DNA of 24,273 nucleotides from contig JBBRXO010000034.1 of NCBI GenBank assembly GCA_038248345.1, positions 1 to 24,273 on the forward strand. The letters run 5' to 3'. This document shows positions 15,110 to 23,709 of the stretch, one piece after another (position 1 is the first letter of the stretch; the number at the start of each line of letters is the position of its first letter). Made by a program: the position numbers and the translations under genes. Origin of the DNA: Armatimonadota bacterium (GTDB lineage: Bacteria; Armatimonadota; Hebobacteria; CAIYQO01). The notes below the pieces were generated by a model. It worked only from the letters and a program-made list of their open reading frames with translations. It did no database searches and was not told where the DNA came from.

Positions 15110-17815
15110 TTATTTATCTCCATAGCTGATTGTCGCTGTCACGGGTATAACGGTTAGAGGTGTGTCTCCGGTGGTGACCGTGACGCTGTCGGCAGTGGCT
15201 ACTGGCATGATAAGGACGCGGCAATGAGGTTCGCTGATGTCCACCATTAGGACGCCGGCTTCGTCGGCGACGATGACACGGTCGGAGACCCGTGGGTTAC
15301 CGATGATGGTGACATGGTGTCGCGAGTTGGGGGTGACCTTATATTCTCCATCGGTGATGCGCATGAGCGTCACCCCGATATCCGCCGGGGAGGGGATATT
15401 AATAGTGAGCAGTAGCGCTTGACTGTTGTTCTGCATTACCCCGAAGTCGACTGGACCGGGTGCCTCCTGCAGCCAGATCGGGAGGGGTACAGCCAGGTGC
15501 AGACCGGGGTTGTTGAAAGTGAAGTGGGTGACGCGCGGCCCGATAGTGCAGAGTCCGCTGGGCGCGTAATAAGCTTGTCGTTTTTTATTCTCCAGTTCCA
15601 CTATGGGCTTGATGGGGATTTTTGTCCAGGCTATGAGACTGCCATCGGCATAATTCGCCACCAGCGAAAAGGGGGAGCGGAATTGGGTTGGTTGTTCCAA
15701 GCGTAATGTTGACTCAAAACCGAAGACGTCGCGGTGGAATTCCTCCCACATATGCTGTCCAGAGAGCCAGAAGCGATAGAGCGGAAAACTGGCGAAGGTG
15801 GCATAACCGCGCCCGGTATTTTTGACAAAAATGCCGCATTGTGGTTTCAGCTCAATAGGACGCATAGGCTTGAAGCTACTCGCTTGCCACGTCGTCGTTT
15901 GCACCGCCTTGCAGAGGACATCAGTACCGAGGCGCGGCGTCATCAACGCTGAGTGGGAGATCATGTAGCCATCCTGCACACCGGAGCTTCGCAAGCCGGG
16001 AACCATCATGGGGAAACGTGGATGTTGTTGCGTTACTTCCAGATTATAGTTGGTATCAGTGAATTTCGGGTTATTATCCAACCCGAAGAGATCACGCATC
16101 AACGGCGGTAGCGAGTGCATATCACCGTTATCTTGCATGGTGCCCAACCCCACATCAGTGACGACGGTACCGCCGTTGAAGACGAATTTCACCAGCGCCA
16201 GCTGTGCCTCTTGCGGTAGATCCAGCACGGAGGGGAGCAGGATGGTGCGGTAACGGGCAATTGGCAACGCCGTGAGGTCATCCACCGAGATGTAGTCAAT
16301 CTGCCCGTAGGAGGTTCCTTCATTGAGAAGGTAGAACAGCGATCCCGGCCCTCCGTATAGGAAATGCAACAGGTAGCCGTAGAGGGAGCGACCGCTTCCG
16401 GGGCCGGGCGCGTAGGGGCTGTAGACACAGGCCACCTGGGGGGTGGGGGTGCGGTTGATAAGTCCGCGCGCATTGATGTCGTTGATAGTATTTTTCCACG
16501 CTTGCAGTAATCCCTTATTACCGATCAGTTGCGGGTAATCATTCACCTCGATGCCGGCAGCCCCATGGGTCACAGCATCATAAAGGTAATTGGAGAATTG
16601 TCCGGGATCAGCGTTGCGCAGTTGTAGCCCGGCGAGCACAGCGAATTGATTACCGCGGCGGGCGATGTCTATCGCCTGTACATTATGGGTGGTGGTATCA
16701 GCTTCGGCTACTCCCGGATAGCACTCGATGACGATACCGTTAATACTGGTGTTGATACCGGGAATATTACGATAGCTATCCTGATGCCCGGCAAAGATCA
16801 GGTGGCCGCGGTCATATTCTCCCAGCATCTTCACCCATAGCTCACGCGCGAGCACCGCCGTCTGGATGCGGTAGCGCGCCAACTCGAGCATAGAGATGGT
16901 GGAGGAGCCCGGCACCGTGCTCTCACGCGTCATGATGGCTTCCGTTTTAAAATCATCCCACTTGGGGAATTTGAAGTCCCAGCGCGCGTTCAATTCGTCG
17001 ATATTTTTATAGCGGCCTTGCAGATATTTTACAAAATCAGCGTCCCGTTCCTTCACTGATTTTTCGTAGAAGTTCAGGTCAGGTTCGATCAGTTTTTTCC
17101 ATTGGGAATTTGACTGCATGAGAAGGTTGGCGAAGCTGGCGGTGAGCGCATTGAAGCTATAGACGGGCGGAGGATTCACCTTGTAGGAACTGCTCGCGGA
17201 GGAGCTATTCTGCACGGTCCAGGCCTCGGTGAGGTTGGCGAGGGTGCCGTATTTCGCCTCGAGGAATTGCCCAAAAGTCCCCACATCACTGATAGCGTAT
17301 CCATCACGTACCGTGCTTAGGAGATAGCCTACCAGATTAGGTTTATTGGCGAAACGCGGTACCACCTGATCAAGGTAATAGTAGACGATATCCCGGTAGG
17401 ATTCGCTGTGGGCATTCGCCAACATCCCACCGGACCAGTCATTGCCTGAACGTGTATAGTCTTCCGGCACCGCGAATTCCACCAGCAAGAAACACCCCGC
17501 CTTTGCTGAGGCTTTCGCCAGCTCTTCCGCCTGGAGGAGATATTCGCCGTCGGTAGAGGTGATGGTGATTAACACGGTGTTGAAACCAAGTGAGCGGTAG
17601 TAAGGGAGATATTGCGGGTCATCAATACCCAGCGGATTGCGAGCGCTCTTGGGCACATGGCAGAAAGCATCGAAACCCCGGGCGAAGTAGAGCGGAGTGG
17701 GGCGGTCATCGATCCAGATGATATTACTCCGCTGGGCGATGGTGATGGATTGCGCTATCTCAACCGCCAGCACTGTCACCGCTACCAGTAACAGGATGCG
17801 AGTAAGATATCGCAC
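15110..17815 (-). CDS. Secreted GH42/beta-galactosidase-like protein (TIM barrel + trimerisation-like domain + beta tail)
   Basis: Signal peptide (V/M)RYLTRILLLVAVTVLAVEIAQS from GTG17815. GH42-like segments SLGFNTV, FLEAKYGTLANLTEAW, YLQGRYKNIDELNARW, PGQF...AVTHGAAGI, and YRTILLP...FVFNGGTVV. Confidence 0.7.
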   Translation of the reverse strand: MRYLTRILLLVAVTVLAVEIAQSITIAQRSNIIWIDDRPTPLYFARGFDAFCHVPKSARNPLGIDDPQYLPYYRSLGFNTVLITITSTDGEYLLQAEELAKASAKAGCFLLVEFAVPEDYTRSGNDWSGGMLANAHSESYRDIVYYYLDQVVPRFANKPNLVGYLLSTVRDGYAISDVGTFGQFLEAKYGTLANLTEAWTVQNSSSASSSYKVNPPPVYSFNALTASFANLLMQSNSQWKKLIEPDLNFYEKSVKERDADFVKYLQGRYKNIDELNARWDFKFPKWDDFKTEAIMTRESTVPGSSTISMLELARYRIQTAVLARELWVKMLGEYDRGHLIFAGHQDSYRNIPGINTSINGIVIECYPGVAEADTTTHNVQAIDIARRGNQFAVLAGLQLRNADPGQFSNYLYDAVTHGAAGIEVNDYPQLIGNKGLLQAWKNTINDINARGLINRTPTPQVACVYSPYAPGPGSGRSLYGYLLHFLYGGPGSLFYLLNEGTSYGQIDYISVDDLTALPIARYRTILLPSVLDLPQEAQLALVKFVFNGGTVVTDVGLGTMQDNGDMHSLPPLMRDLFGLDNNPKFTDTNYNLEVTQQHPRFPMMVPGLRSSGVQDGYMISHSALMTPRLGTDVLCKAVQTTTWQASSFKPMRPIELKPQCGIFVKNTGRGYATFASFPLYRFWLSGQHMWEEFHRDVFGFESTLRLEQPTQFRSPFSLVANYADGSLIAWTKIPIKPIVELENKKRQAYYAPSGLCTIGPRVTHFTFNNPGLHLAVPLPIWLQEAPGPVDFGVMQNNSQALLLTINIPSPADIGVTLMRITDGEYKVTPNSRHHVTIIGNPRVSDRVIVADEAGVLMVDISEPHCRVLIMPVATADSVTVTTGDTPLTVIPVTATISYGDK

Positions 17816-17854
17816 GAATAATTCGCCTTTGCAATACTGCATCATATTGATACC

Positions 17855-17883
17855 ATTATAACTAGCAAAGGTAGATATGCCAA
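17855..17883 (-). promoter_or_regulatory. Sigma70-type promoter for the GH42-like gene
   Basis: TTGGCA-N17-TATAAT, about 40 nt upstream of GTG17815. Supports the shorter start. Confidence 0.6.
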
Positions 17884-18030
17884 ATAGGTGGCTTCCAGTA
17901 TTTTTGTCACGCAGCGCGGCGGGCATTACCGCTATTGACACAAAGTGGTACAATATCTGCTATTAAGCTCTCAATTATAGTTTGCTTCGGATAATGTCCA
18001 GATAAAAAGGTAGCGCTATGTAGCGCGGAA

Positions 18031-18834
18031 ATGGAACTAATGAACGTTTGTCCATATTGTGCAGAGCAGGTGCAAACTTTTTCAGGTAGCCCGGCATGTC
18101 CGCATTGCGGCCGTGGAATTTTCGATGTCCCATGTCCGCATTGTAGTAAACGGACATTGAACTTGACGCTCATTCCGCGTCATGGGCGCGTGGTATGCTT
18201 CAGTTGCCGCACCGAGATTACCGAAGCGCCGGAGCGGGCCGTCGTGAAGGTCGCCGCGCCAGTTGCGCAGCCGTTCCCCGCTCGTGAGTTAACAGCTACT
18301 CGTCGCGCCCCACGACCGCCGGTTTTGCCGTCGGCACCGGAGGCGCGCGTCACGCTGGAGGAGAACCTGGTAGGGCTGGAGCGCGCCGCGGGTGATCGTG
18401 AGATGCTCACTGCGCCCGATCTCCGCGCACTTATCGCGCGTTACCTGGATACAATTTCCGCCGTACTATTCCTGGATGACGTAATGATTCGCGGTGAGGT
18501 AACCGAGGAATGGTTGCGTGGCGGCGACCATCTCAACGGCATCATTCGTCTCTGCTATCGCCCATTGTGGCCTTTAGAGGGGGCGTTGTTGCCCGCATCA
18601 GTGCAGGCGTGGGTGCTGGCGGTGGATGACGCTGCCCGCCGCTGGCAATTTGCCCGGCGGCAGTGGCTGGCGGCAGAGTGTGGCTTGCAACTGATGCCCA
18701 TCGTGCCCGGCGTTACCACCATCAATCGCTCCTGGCAGGAGGTGGACGGCCACGGTGCCGTTGTGCAGCGAATTCTCACCCCGGGTTTCCTGCTCCGTGA
18801 CGAGGTACTATGCAAAGCACGGGTACAGTCGTAA
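18031..18834 (+). CDS. Hypothetical protein: four CxxC zinc-ribbon motifs + Pro/Ala linker + GrpE-like C-terminal beta domain
   Basis: CPYC, CPHC, CPHC, CFSC. The C-terminus GLQLMPIVPG...VVQRILTPGFLLRDEVLCKARVQS resembles the GrpE head (V..V.Q.GY.L.DRVLRPA.V.VS). Confidence 0.65.
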   Translation: MELMNVCPYCAEQVQTFSGSPACPHCGRGIFDVPCPHCSKRTLNLTLIPRHGRVVCFSCRTEITEAPERAVVKVAAPVAQPFPARELTATRRAPRPPVLPSAPEARVTLEENLVGLERAAGDREMLTAPDLRALIARYLDTISAVLFLDDVMIRGEVTEEWLRGGDHLNGIIRLCYRPLWPLEGALLPASVQAWVLAVDDAARRWQFARRQWLAAECGLQLMPIVPGVTTINRSWQEVDGHGAVVQRILTPGFLLRDEVLCKARVQS

Positions 18835-18919
18835 AATAAACTATTCAGGTTTCTGGCCGGATTTCGGCTTTGTCGGGCAACCACGTACTTCAAGGGCGTG
18901 GTAAAGAAGGAGAACAACA

Positions 18920-19552
18920 ATGGCGGATTTTATCATTCCCGCTGGGGCACGCGTGCTCTTTCAGGGGGACAGCATCACTGATTATGGCCGTTATCGTGAG
19001 GATCCGGCGAACCTGGGGCAGGGGTATGCCAACATGGTGGCTGGGCAAATGTCTTTGCGCCACCCTAATCATGGGATGACCTTTCTTAACCGCGGTGTCA
19101 GCGGTGATCGCATCTATGATATGGAGAAACGCTGGCTCAAGGATTGTGTCGACTTGGCCCCCGATTTCGTCAGCATTCTCATTGGTATCAACGACACCTG
19201 GCGCCGTTATGACAGTGACATGGACTCGCCTATCGCGGAATTCGAGAGTTGCTATCGTCGATTACTCGATAACGTCATTAATGAAGCTGGCGCCCGTGTG
19301 CTGATATTGGAGCCGTTCGTCCTCCCCGTCCCGGATGACCGTATCGCCTGGCGTGAAGACGTAGACCCGCGCATCGAGGCCGTTCGCCGGGTCGCACACG
19401 ACTATGACACCCTGTATATCCCGTTGGATAAAATATTTAACGATATGCGCACTGCACATCCGACCACCTCATGGGCAGATGATGGCGTTCACCCGACCCC
19501 TGCTGGCCATGCGCTGATCGCGCAGGAGTGGATCAAAACTGTGGGTGGGTGA
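18920..19552 (+). CDS. SGNH/GDSL-family hydrolase
   Basis: Block I GDSIT, block II NRGVSG, block III GIND, block V DGVHP. RBS AAGGAG. Confidence 0.93.
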   Translation: MADFIIPAGARVLFQGDSITDYGRYREDPANLGQGYANMVAGQMSLRHPNHGMTFLNRGVSGDRIYDMEKRWLKDCVDLAPDFVSILIGINDTWRRYDSDMDSPIAEFESCYRRLLDNVINEAGARVLILEPFVLPVPDDRIAWREDVDPRIEAVRRVAHDYDTLYIPLDKIFNDMRTAHPTTSWADDGVHPTPAGHALIAQEWIKTVGG

Positions 19553-19577
19553 ACGTGGTAGTGGTCAGCTCCCCCGC

Positions 19578-19670
19578 CCACCGCGAAGTGATGATGGAAT
19601 AGTGCCCAGGGCGCAAGCCCTGGGCATGACTTCGCGGTGGTTTCCCCGTTCTTATGGGCATGACGCCCAT
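19578..19670. repeat. Composite REP-like element (third two-hairpin module copy plus a second palindrome family)
   Basis: A 12-bp IR (CCACCGCGAAGT 19578-19589 / ACTTCGCGGTGG 19629-19640) encloses TGCCCAGGGC-GCAA-GCCCTGGGCA. It is followed by CCCGTTCTTATGGGC..GACGCCCAT, similar to 24057-24084. Confidence 0.7.
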
Positions 19671-19778
19671 CTTACCACGTCCTGGCTATTGACCGACTTG
19701 CCTATTTTCGGTCATCATATACATTAGGTAGTCCAGTATCTAATTGGTGTTACCGTGCATATATTGATGGAGGTAATT

Positions 19779-21374
19779 ATGGAGACTGAGAGCTATGTCG
19801 GGAATGTACCATTAGAGGTGCATGGCCTGTACAATCTGGGGCATGTTAACTGGAACCTGCACGTAGCCGTGCTGGTAGAGCGCGCGCTGGCACACGGCGA
19901 GGGTGTGCTGGCGACTAATGGCGCGCTGGTGTGCAATACTGGAGTACGCACTGGACGCTCGCCCAAAGACAAATTCATCGTAGAGGATCCGGCCAGCAAA
20001 GACGAGATCATGTGGGGCAACGTCAATAAACCGATGTCACGCCCGGCATTTGAGGCGTTGAAAGCCCGCGTCTTCTCCTACCTGCAGAACCGTGAAGTCT
20101 ATGTCTTCGATGGTTTCGCCGGCGCTGACGAGGAGCTACAGTTGCCCATCCGCGTGGTCAATGAATACGCCTGGCAGAATCTCTTCGTGCATCAGCTCTT
20201 CCGCCGGGTGAAACGCGAAGAACTTATCTATCATAAACCGGAATTTGTGGTGGTCTGCGCCCCTGGTTTCCATGCGGTACCGGAGCGCGACGGCACGCGC
20301 AGCGAAGCCTTCGTCATCGTCGACTTCGAAAACAAATTGATCCTCATTGGCGGCACCCAGTACGCGGGCGAGATGAAGAAATCAATCTTCTCCGTGCTCA
20401 ACTACCTGTATCCCAAGCAGGGGGTCTTCCCCATGCACTGCTCGGCCAATACGGGCGAGTTCGGCGACACCGCCATCTTCTTCGGCCTCTCCGGCACTGG
20501 CAAGACCACCCTTTCAGCTGACCCGACCCGCCGTCTCATCGGTGACGACGAGCACGGCTGGAGCGACAACGGCATCTTCAATTTCGAGGGCGGCTGTTAC
20601 GCCAAGGTTATCAACCTGTCGAAAAAGAAGGAGCCGCAGATCTGGGACGCCATCCGCTTCGGCTGCGTCATCGAGAACGTGGTCATCGACCCGATTCTGC
20701 ATCACCCTCACTACGATGACGAGAGCATCACCGAGAACACCCGCGCCGCGTATCCGGTGGACTTCATCGACAACTGTGTAATGAGCGGCCTCGGTAAACA
20801 CCCGAGTGTGGTGATTTTCCTCACCGCCGATGCATTCGGCGTGTTGCCGCCAGTGGCACGGCTCAACCCCGAGCAGGCGATGTACCACTTCCTCTCCGGC
20901 TATACCGCGAAGCTGGCGGGCACCGAAGTAGGAGTCACTGAGCCGGAAGCGGAGTTTTCCTCCTGTTTCGGCGCGCCTTTCCTGCCGCTCTCCCCGACGG
21001 TATACGCCAAATTGCTGGGCGAGAAGATCGCCAGGCATAACGTACCCGTCTACCTGGTGAACACCGGCTGGACTGGTGGCCCCGCTGGCGTGGGCGAGCG
21101 CTTCGATATCCCGGTATCCCGCGCGGTGGTTAACGCCGCACTATCCGGCGAGATGAATAACCTGGAGTTCCGCGTCGACCCGCTCTTCGGCTTTGAAGTG
21201 CCGATTGCCTGCCCCGGTGTGCCGACAGAACTGCTGGACCCAAAAAACACCTGGAAGAACAAAGAAATGTTCGACGTGCAGGCCAAAGAGCTGGCGCGCC
21301 GCTTTGTGAAGAACTTCGCCCAGTTCAAAGACGTACCTGAAAACGTAAAAGCGGCTGGCCCGAAAATCGACTAA
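19779..21374 (+). CDS. pckA: Phosphoenolpyruvate carboxykinase (ATP)
   Basis: TGRSPKDKF, YAGEMKKS, PMHCSAN, FFGLSGTGKTTLS, LIGDDEHGW, TENTRAAYP. Start at ATG19779 after RBS GGAGGT. Confidence 0.98.
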   Translation: METESYVGNVPLEVHGLYNLGHVNWNLHVAVLVERALAHGEGVLATNGALVCNTGVRTGRSPKDKFIVEDPASKDEIMWGNVNKPMSRPAFEALKARVFSYLQNREVYVFDGFAGADEELQLPIRVVNEYAWQNLFVHQLFRRVKREELIYHKPEFVVVCAPGFHAVPERDGTRSEAFVIVDFENKLILIGGTQYAGEMKKSIFSVLNYLYPKQGVFPMHCSANTGEFGDTAIFFGLSGTGKTTLSADPTRRLIGDDEHGWSDNGIFNFEGGCYAKVINLSKKKEPQIWDAIRFGCVIENVVIDPILHHPHYDDESITENTRAAYPVDFIDNCVMSGLGKHPSVVIFLTADAFGVLPPVARLNPEQAMYHFLSGYTAKLAGTEVGVTEPEAEFSSCFGAPFLPLSPTVYAKLLGEKIARHNVPVYLVNTGWTGGPAGVGERFDIPVSRAVVNAALSGEMNNLEFRVDPLFGFEVPIACPGVPTELLDPKNTWKNKEMFDVQAKELARRFVKNFAQFKDVPENVKAAGPKID

Positions 21375-21389
21375 GTGACGAATAACCTC

Positions 21390-21428
21390 AAAGACGCCGA
21401 TTCCCTCGGGAGTCGGCGTCTTTTCTTT
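21390..21428 (+). terminator. Intrinsic terminator after pckA
   Basis: AAAGACGCCGATTCCC-TC-GGGAGTCGGCGTC-TTTTCTTT. Confidence 0.88.
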
Positions 21429-21435
21429 GAATGGA

Positions 21436-21927
21436 ATGTACATAAATATCGCAGAGATCATCTACGCGCTAAAACTCTCCCCGGTTCCCCACGTGCTAAA
21501 GCCACATGCCCGAGAAATCGACGTGACAGGGACATATATTCGGCTAGAAATCGAGTTGCCCGACTCCTACCGACAGTTTGTCCGTGAATACGCGGATGGC
21601 GCGACGCTTTACGAGTGCCAGCACATCTGCGGGCTGGATGAGCTGGCGCATATCGAAGGTGACGGCGACCTCCCCAGCTATGAGGGGGGCAGCCACCCGG
21701 CGGCCCATATCATCCCCGTTTCCCCCGATGCGCACGGCAACGCCTGGGTCTTCCTCACCCGCACCCACGGCCACGATGGCGAGTGCCCGGTGGCCTACCT
21801 AGCTAAAGGTGTCCTCTACCGTCGTCTGGATAGTTTTTACTCCTGGCTCTCATTTGTCAGCATCAAGAAGCGGGAGCTGATCGGCACACTGTATGGGGAA
21901 GAGATAGTTAAGTTGTTAGGTTGTTAG
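21436..21927 (+). CDS. SMI1/KNR4 (SUKH) family protein
   Basis: LEIELPDSYRQFVREY.DG, then IIPVSPDAHGNAWVF, DGECPV, SFYSWL. Start is uncertain and lacks a clear RBS. Confidence 0.7.
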   Translation: MYINIAEIIYALKLSPVPHVLKPHAREIDVTGTYIRLEIELPDSYRQFVREYADGATLYECQHICGLDELAHIEGDGDLPSYEGGSHPAAHIIPVSPDAHGNAWVFLTRTHGHDGECPVAYLAKGVLYRRLDSFYSWLSFVSIKKRELIGTLYGEEIVKLLGC

Positions 21928-21956
21928 GTTGTTACCATAACTTGCGGCCTAAAAAA

Positions 21957-22376
21957 CTAACTATGATCATATTGCGTAAAATTCCTATCAAGCCATAGAA
22001 TATGGAACATCGCCTGTTCTCTATATCCTACCATCGCTTTTTTACCAGAGAAACGAAAGGCTATTAAGGTCACATCATCTGTGATGTGATGCGGTATGGG
22101 CGCTTTTATAGCGCCCAGTGCAATACGCTCATATCCTAAGCCATGCCTGGAACTGGTACTTATTTCTCTCCAGGTGAGACTACTTAGCTTATACAAAGAA
22201 ACTGCGAAGCCGGCTTTTTCGTCTTTGTCACAGCAAGTTATACAGTATTCGCTTTGCATGTCAATTAAAGAAAAAGTTGGCCGCTGCTGATCACTTGACA
22301 TGGGAATAGACGTATCACTCCTGTTAATATGTCCGACATTCAAGGTTGGAATTATTTATATCTTCGATTTAGTCAT
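21957..22376 (-). pseudogene. Probable toxin partner of the Panacea antitoxin, with an in-frame TAA at codon 7 (residual ORF 21957..22343)
   Basis: ATG22376 overlaps the end of the antitoxin gene (ATGACTAA) and reads MTKSKI*IIPTLNVGH... in frame with the 128-aa ORF. The C-terminal FRFSG...MVGYR...FHILWLD...YDH looks RelE-like (inference). Confidence 0.62.
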
Positions 22377-22812
22377 GTTGTAGGAATGTCATAAAGTATT
22401 CTTTCATCGTCGCTAACGGAATCACACCTCCGCCATTATTATATGTGTCCTTCCACGGTCTTTCTTCATGTGTCATATCCCGCAACTTCCATGCAGAGAA
22501 TTGCCCGAAACAACTATAAACATCATCAAGTACATCCCGTTCTTGCTGACTATATTTTGTGTAGTCAATATTCGCGGGGCCGTCAATGGCCTGGTCACCA
22601 AATTTCTTATATTCATGATAAAGATCGGGCACTACCGGGCCGTGCGTCCATGCTTCGATAGGGTCATTAAACAAGGGAGTGTTATAAAGCGCCAGATATA
22701 CACCCTGAGCATAGTAGACGAGTTTCTGCAATTTGAGGTTAGAAATAAGATCGCGACCTTCCTCATCATTTGAAACCAGAAAATATTCCGCTACGTTTTT
22801 TGCGCTTAACAT
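22369..22812 (-). CDS. Panacea-domain (DUF4065/GepA/SocA-like) antitoxin
   Basis: SAKNVAEYFL, ISNLKLQKLVYYAQG, IEAWTHGPVVPDLY, SAWKLRDMTHEERPW. RBS AAGGAG. Confidence 0.92.
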   Translation of the reverse strand: MLSAKNVAEYFLVSNDEEGRDLISNLKLQKLVYYAQGVYLALYNTPLFNDPIEAWTHGPVVPDLYHEYKKFGDQAIDGPANIDYTKYSQQERDVLDDVYSCFGQFSAWKLRDMTHEERPWKDTYNNGGGVIPLATMKEYFMTFLQHD

Positions 22813-22924
22813 TTTACTCGCTCCTTACCCTCAACGTTTGTGATATAATAGCAATTTTTGCATACATTTGTTTTCGTGTAAAGTGTTTTGTGCAGGATTA
22901 ATCTACACATTTCTGCATTTCCAT

Positions 22925-22953
22925 TTGCCCCTATCCTACCGACAGGGTATAAT
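22925..22953 (+). promoter_or_regulatory. Sigma70-type promoter for hisA-acpS
   Basis: TTGCCC-N17-TATAAT, followed by RBS GGAGGA at 22978-22983. Confidence 0.7.
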
Positions 22954-22986
22954 CAGTACCGTATCTGAATACGATGCGGAGGAGCG

Positions 22987-23709
22987 GTGATGTATCCAAT
23001 TCCGGCAATTGATATCCGTGGTGGCAAGTGTGTGCGGCTGGCGCAGGGGGAGTACTCGCGCGAGACGGTGTATGGGGATGACCCGGTGGCTATGGCGCTG
23101 CACTGGCAAGCACTGGGGGGCGTGCGTCTGCATGTTGTCGACCTTGATGGCGCGCGTGAAGGATCGCCGTGCAATCATGAAATAATTGCCGCCATCGCGC
23201 AGGCGCTGGATATCCCGGTGCAGGTGGGCGGGGGTATTCGCGACGCTGACACGGTAGAGAAGTTACTCGCGCTGGGAGTAGACCGGTGTATCCTCGGCAC
23301 CCGCGCTGCGCAGGACCCGGAGTGGGCGCTGGAGATGTTCCGCACCTTCGGCGAGCGGCTCATCCTCGGCATCGACGCAAAAGACGGTAAAGTAGCGGTG
23401 AAGGGCTGGGTGGAGACTACTGAGTTGACTGCCACCGAGTTGGCGCTGCAATTGAAAGCCGCCGGGGCGGTGCGCATCGTCTACACCGATATCAGCCGCG
23501 ACGGTATGCTCACCGGGCCTAACGTCCATGCCACCGCGCGCCTGGCGGAAGATACCGGCATGGCGGTCATCGCCAGCGGCGGCATGAGCGCAATTGACGA
23601 CCTGATCCATTTATCAAAACATCCCGGCATCGAAGCGGCCATTATCGGCCGTGCCCTATACACCGGTGGCATCGACCTGGCGCAGGCGGCGAAGCTATTC
23701 ACAGTATGA
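22987..23709 (+). CDS. hisA: ProFAR isomerase HisA
   Basis: IPAIDIRGGKCVRLAQG, HVVDLDGA, QVGGGIR, GIDAKDG.VAVKGW, YTDISRDGML.G, IASGG, IIGRALY. Start is GTG22987 or ATG22990. Confidence 0.96.
   Translation: MMYPIPAIDIRGGKCVRLAQGEYSRETVYGDDPVAMALHWQALGGVRLHVVDLDGAREGSPCNHEIIAAIAQALDIPVQVGGGIRDADTVEKLLALGVDRCILGTRAAQDPEWALEMFRTFGERLILGIDAKDGKVAVKGWVETTELTATELALQLKAAGAVRIVYTDISRDGMLTGPNVHATARLAEDTGMAVIASGGMSAIDDLIHLSKHPGIEAAIIGRALYTGGIDLAQAAKLFTV

Noticed and set aside
17816..17953. 46-aa N-terminal extension of the GH42-like ORF
   Set aside because: It contains the predicted promoter, and the signal peptide begins at GTG17815.
17935..17954. TTGACA followed by TACAAT as a -35/-10 pair on the + strand
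   Set aside because: The spacer is only 8 nt; only the extended -10 reading is plausible.
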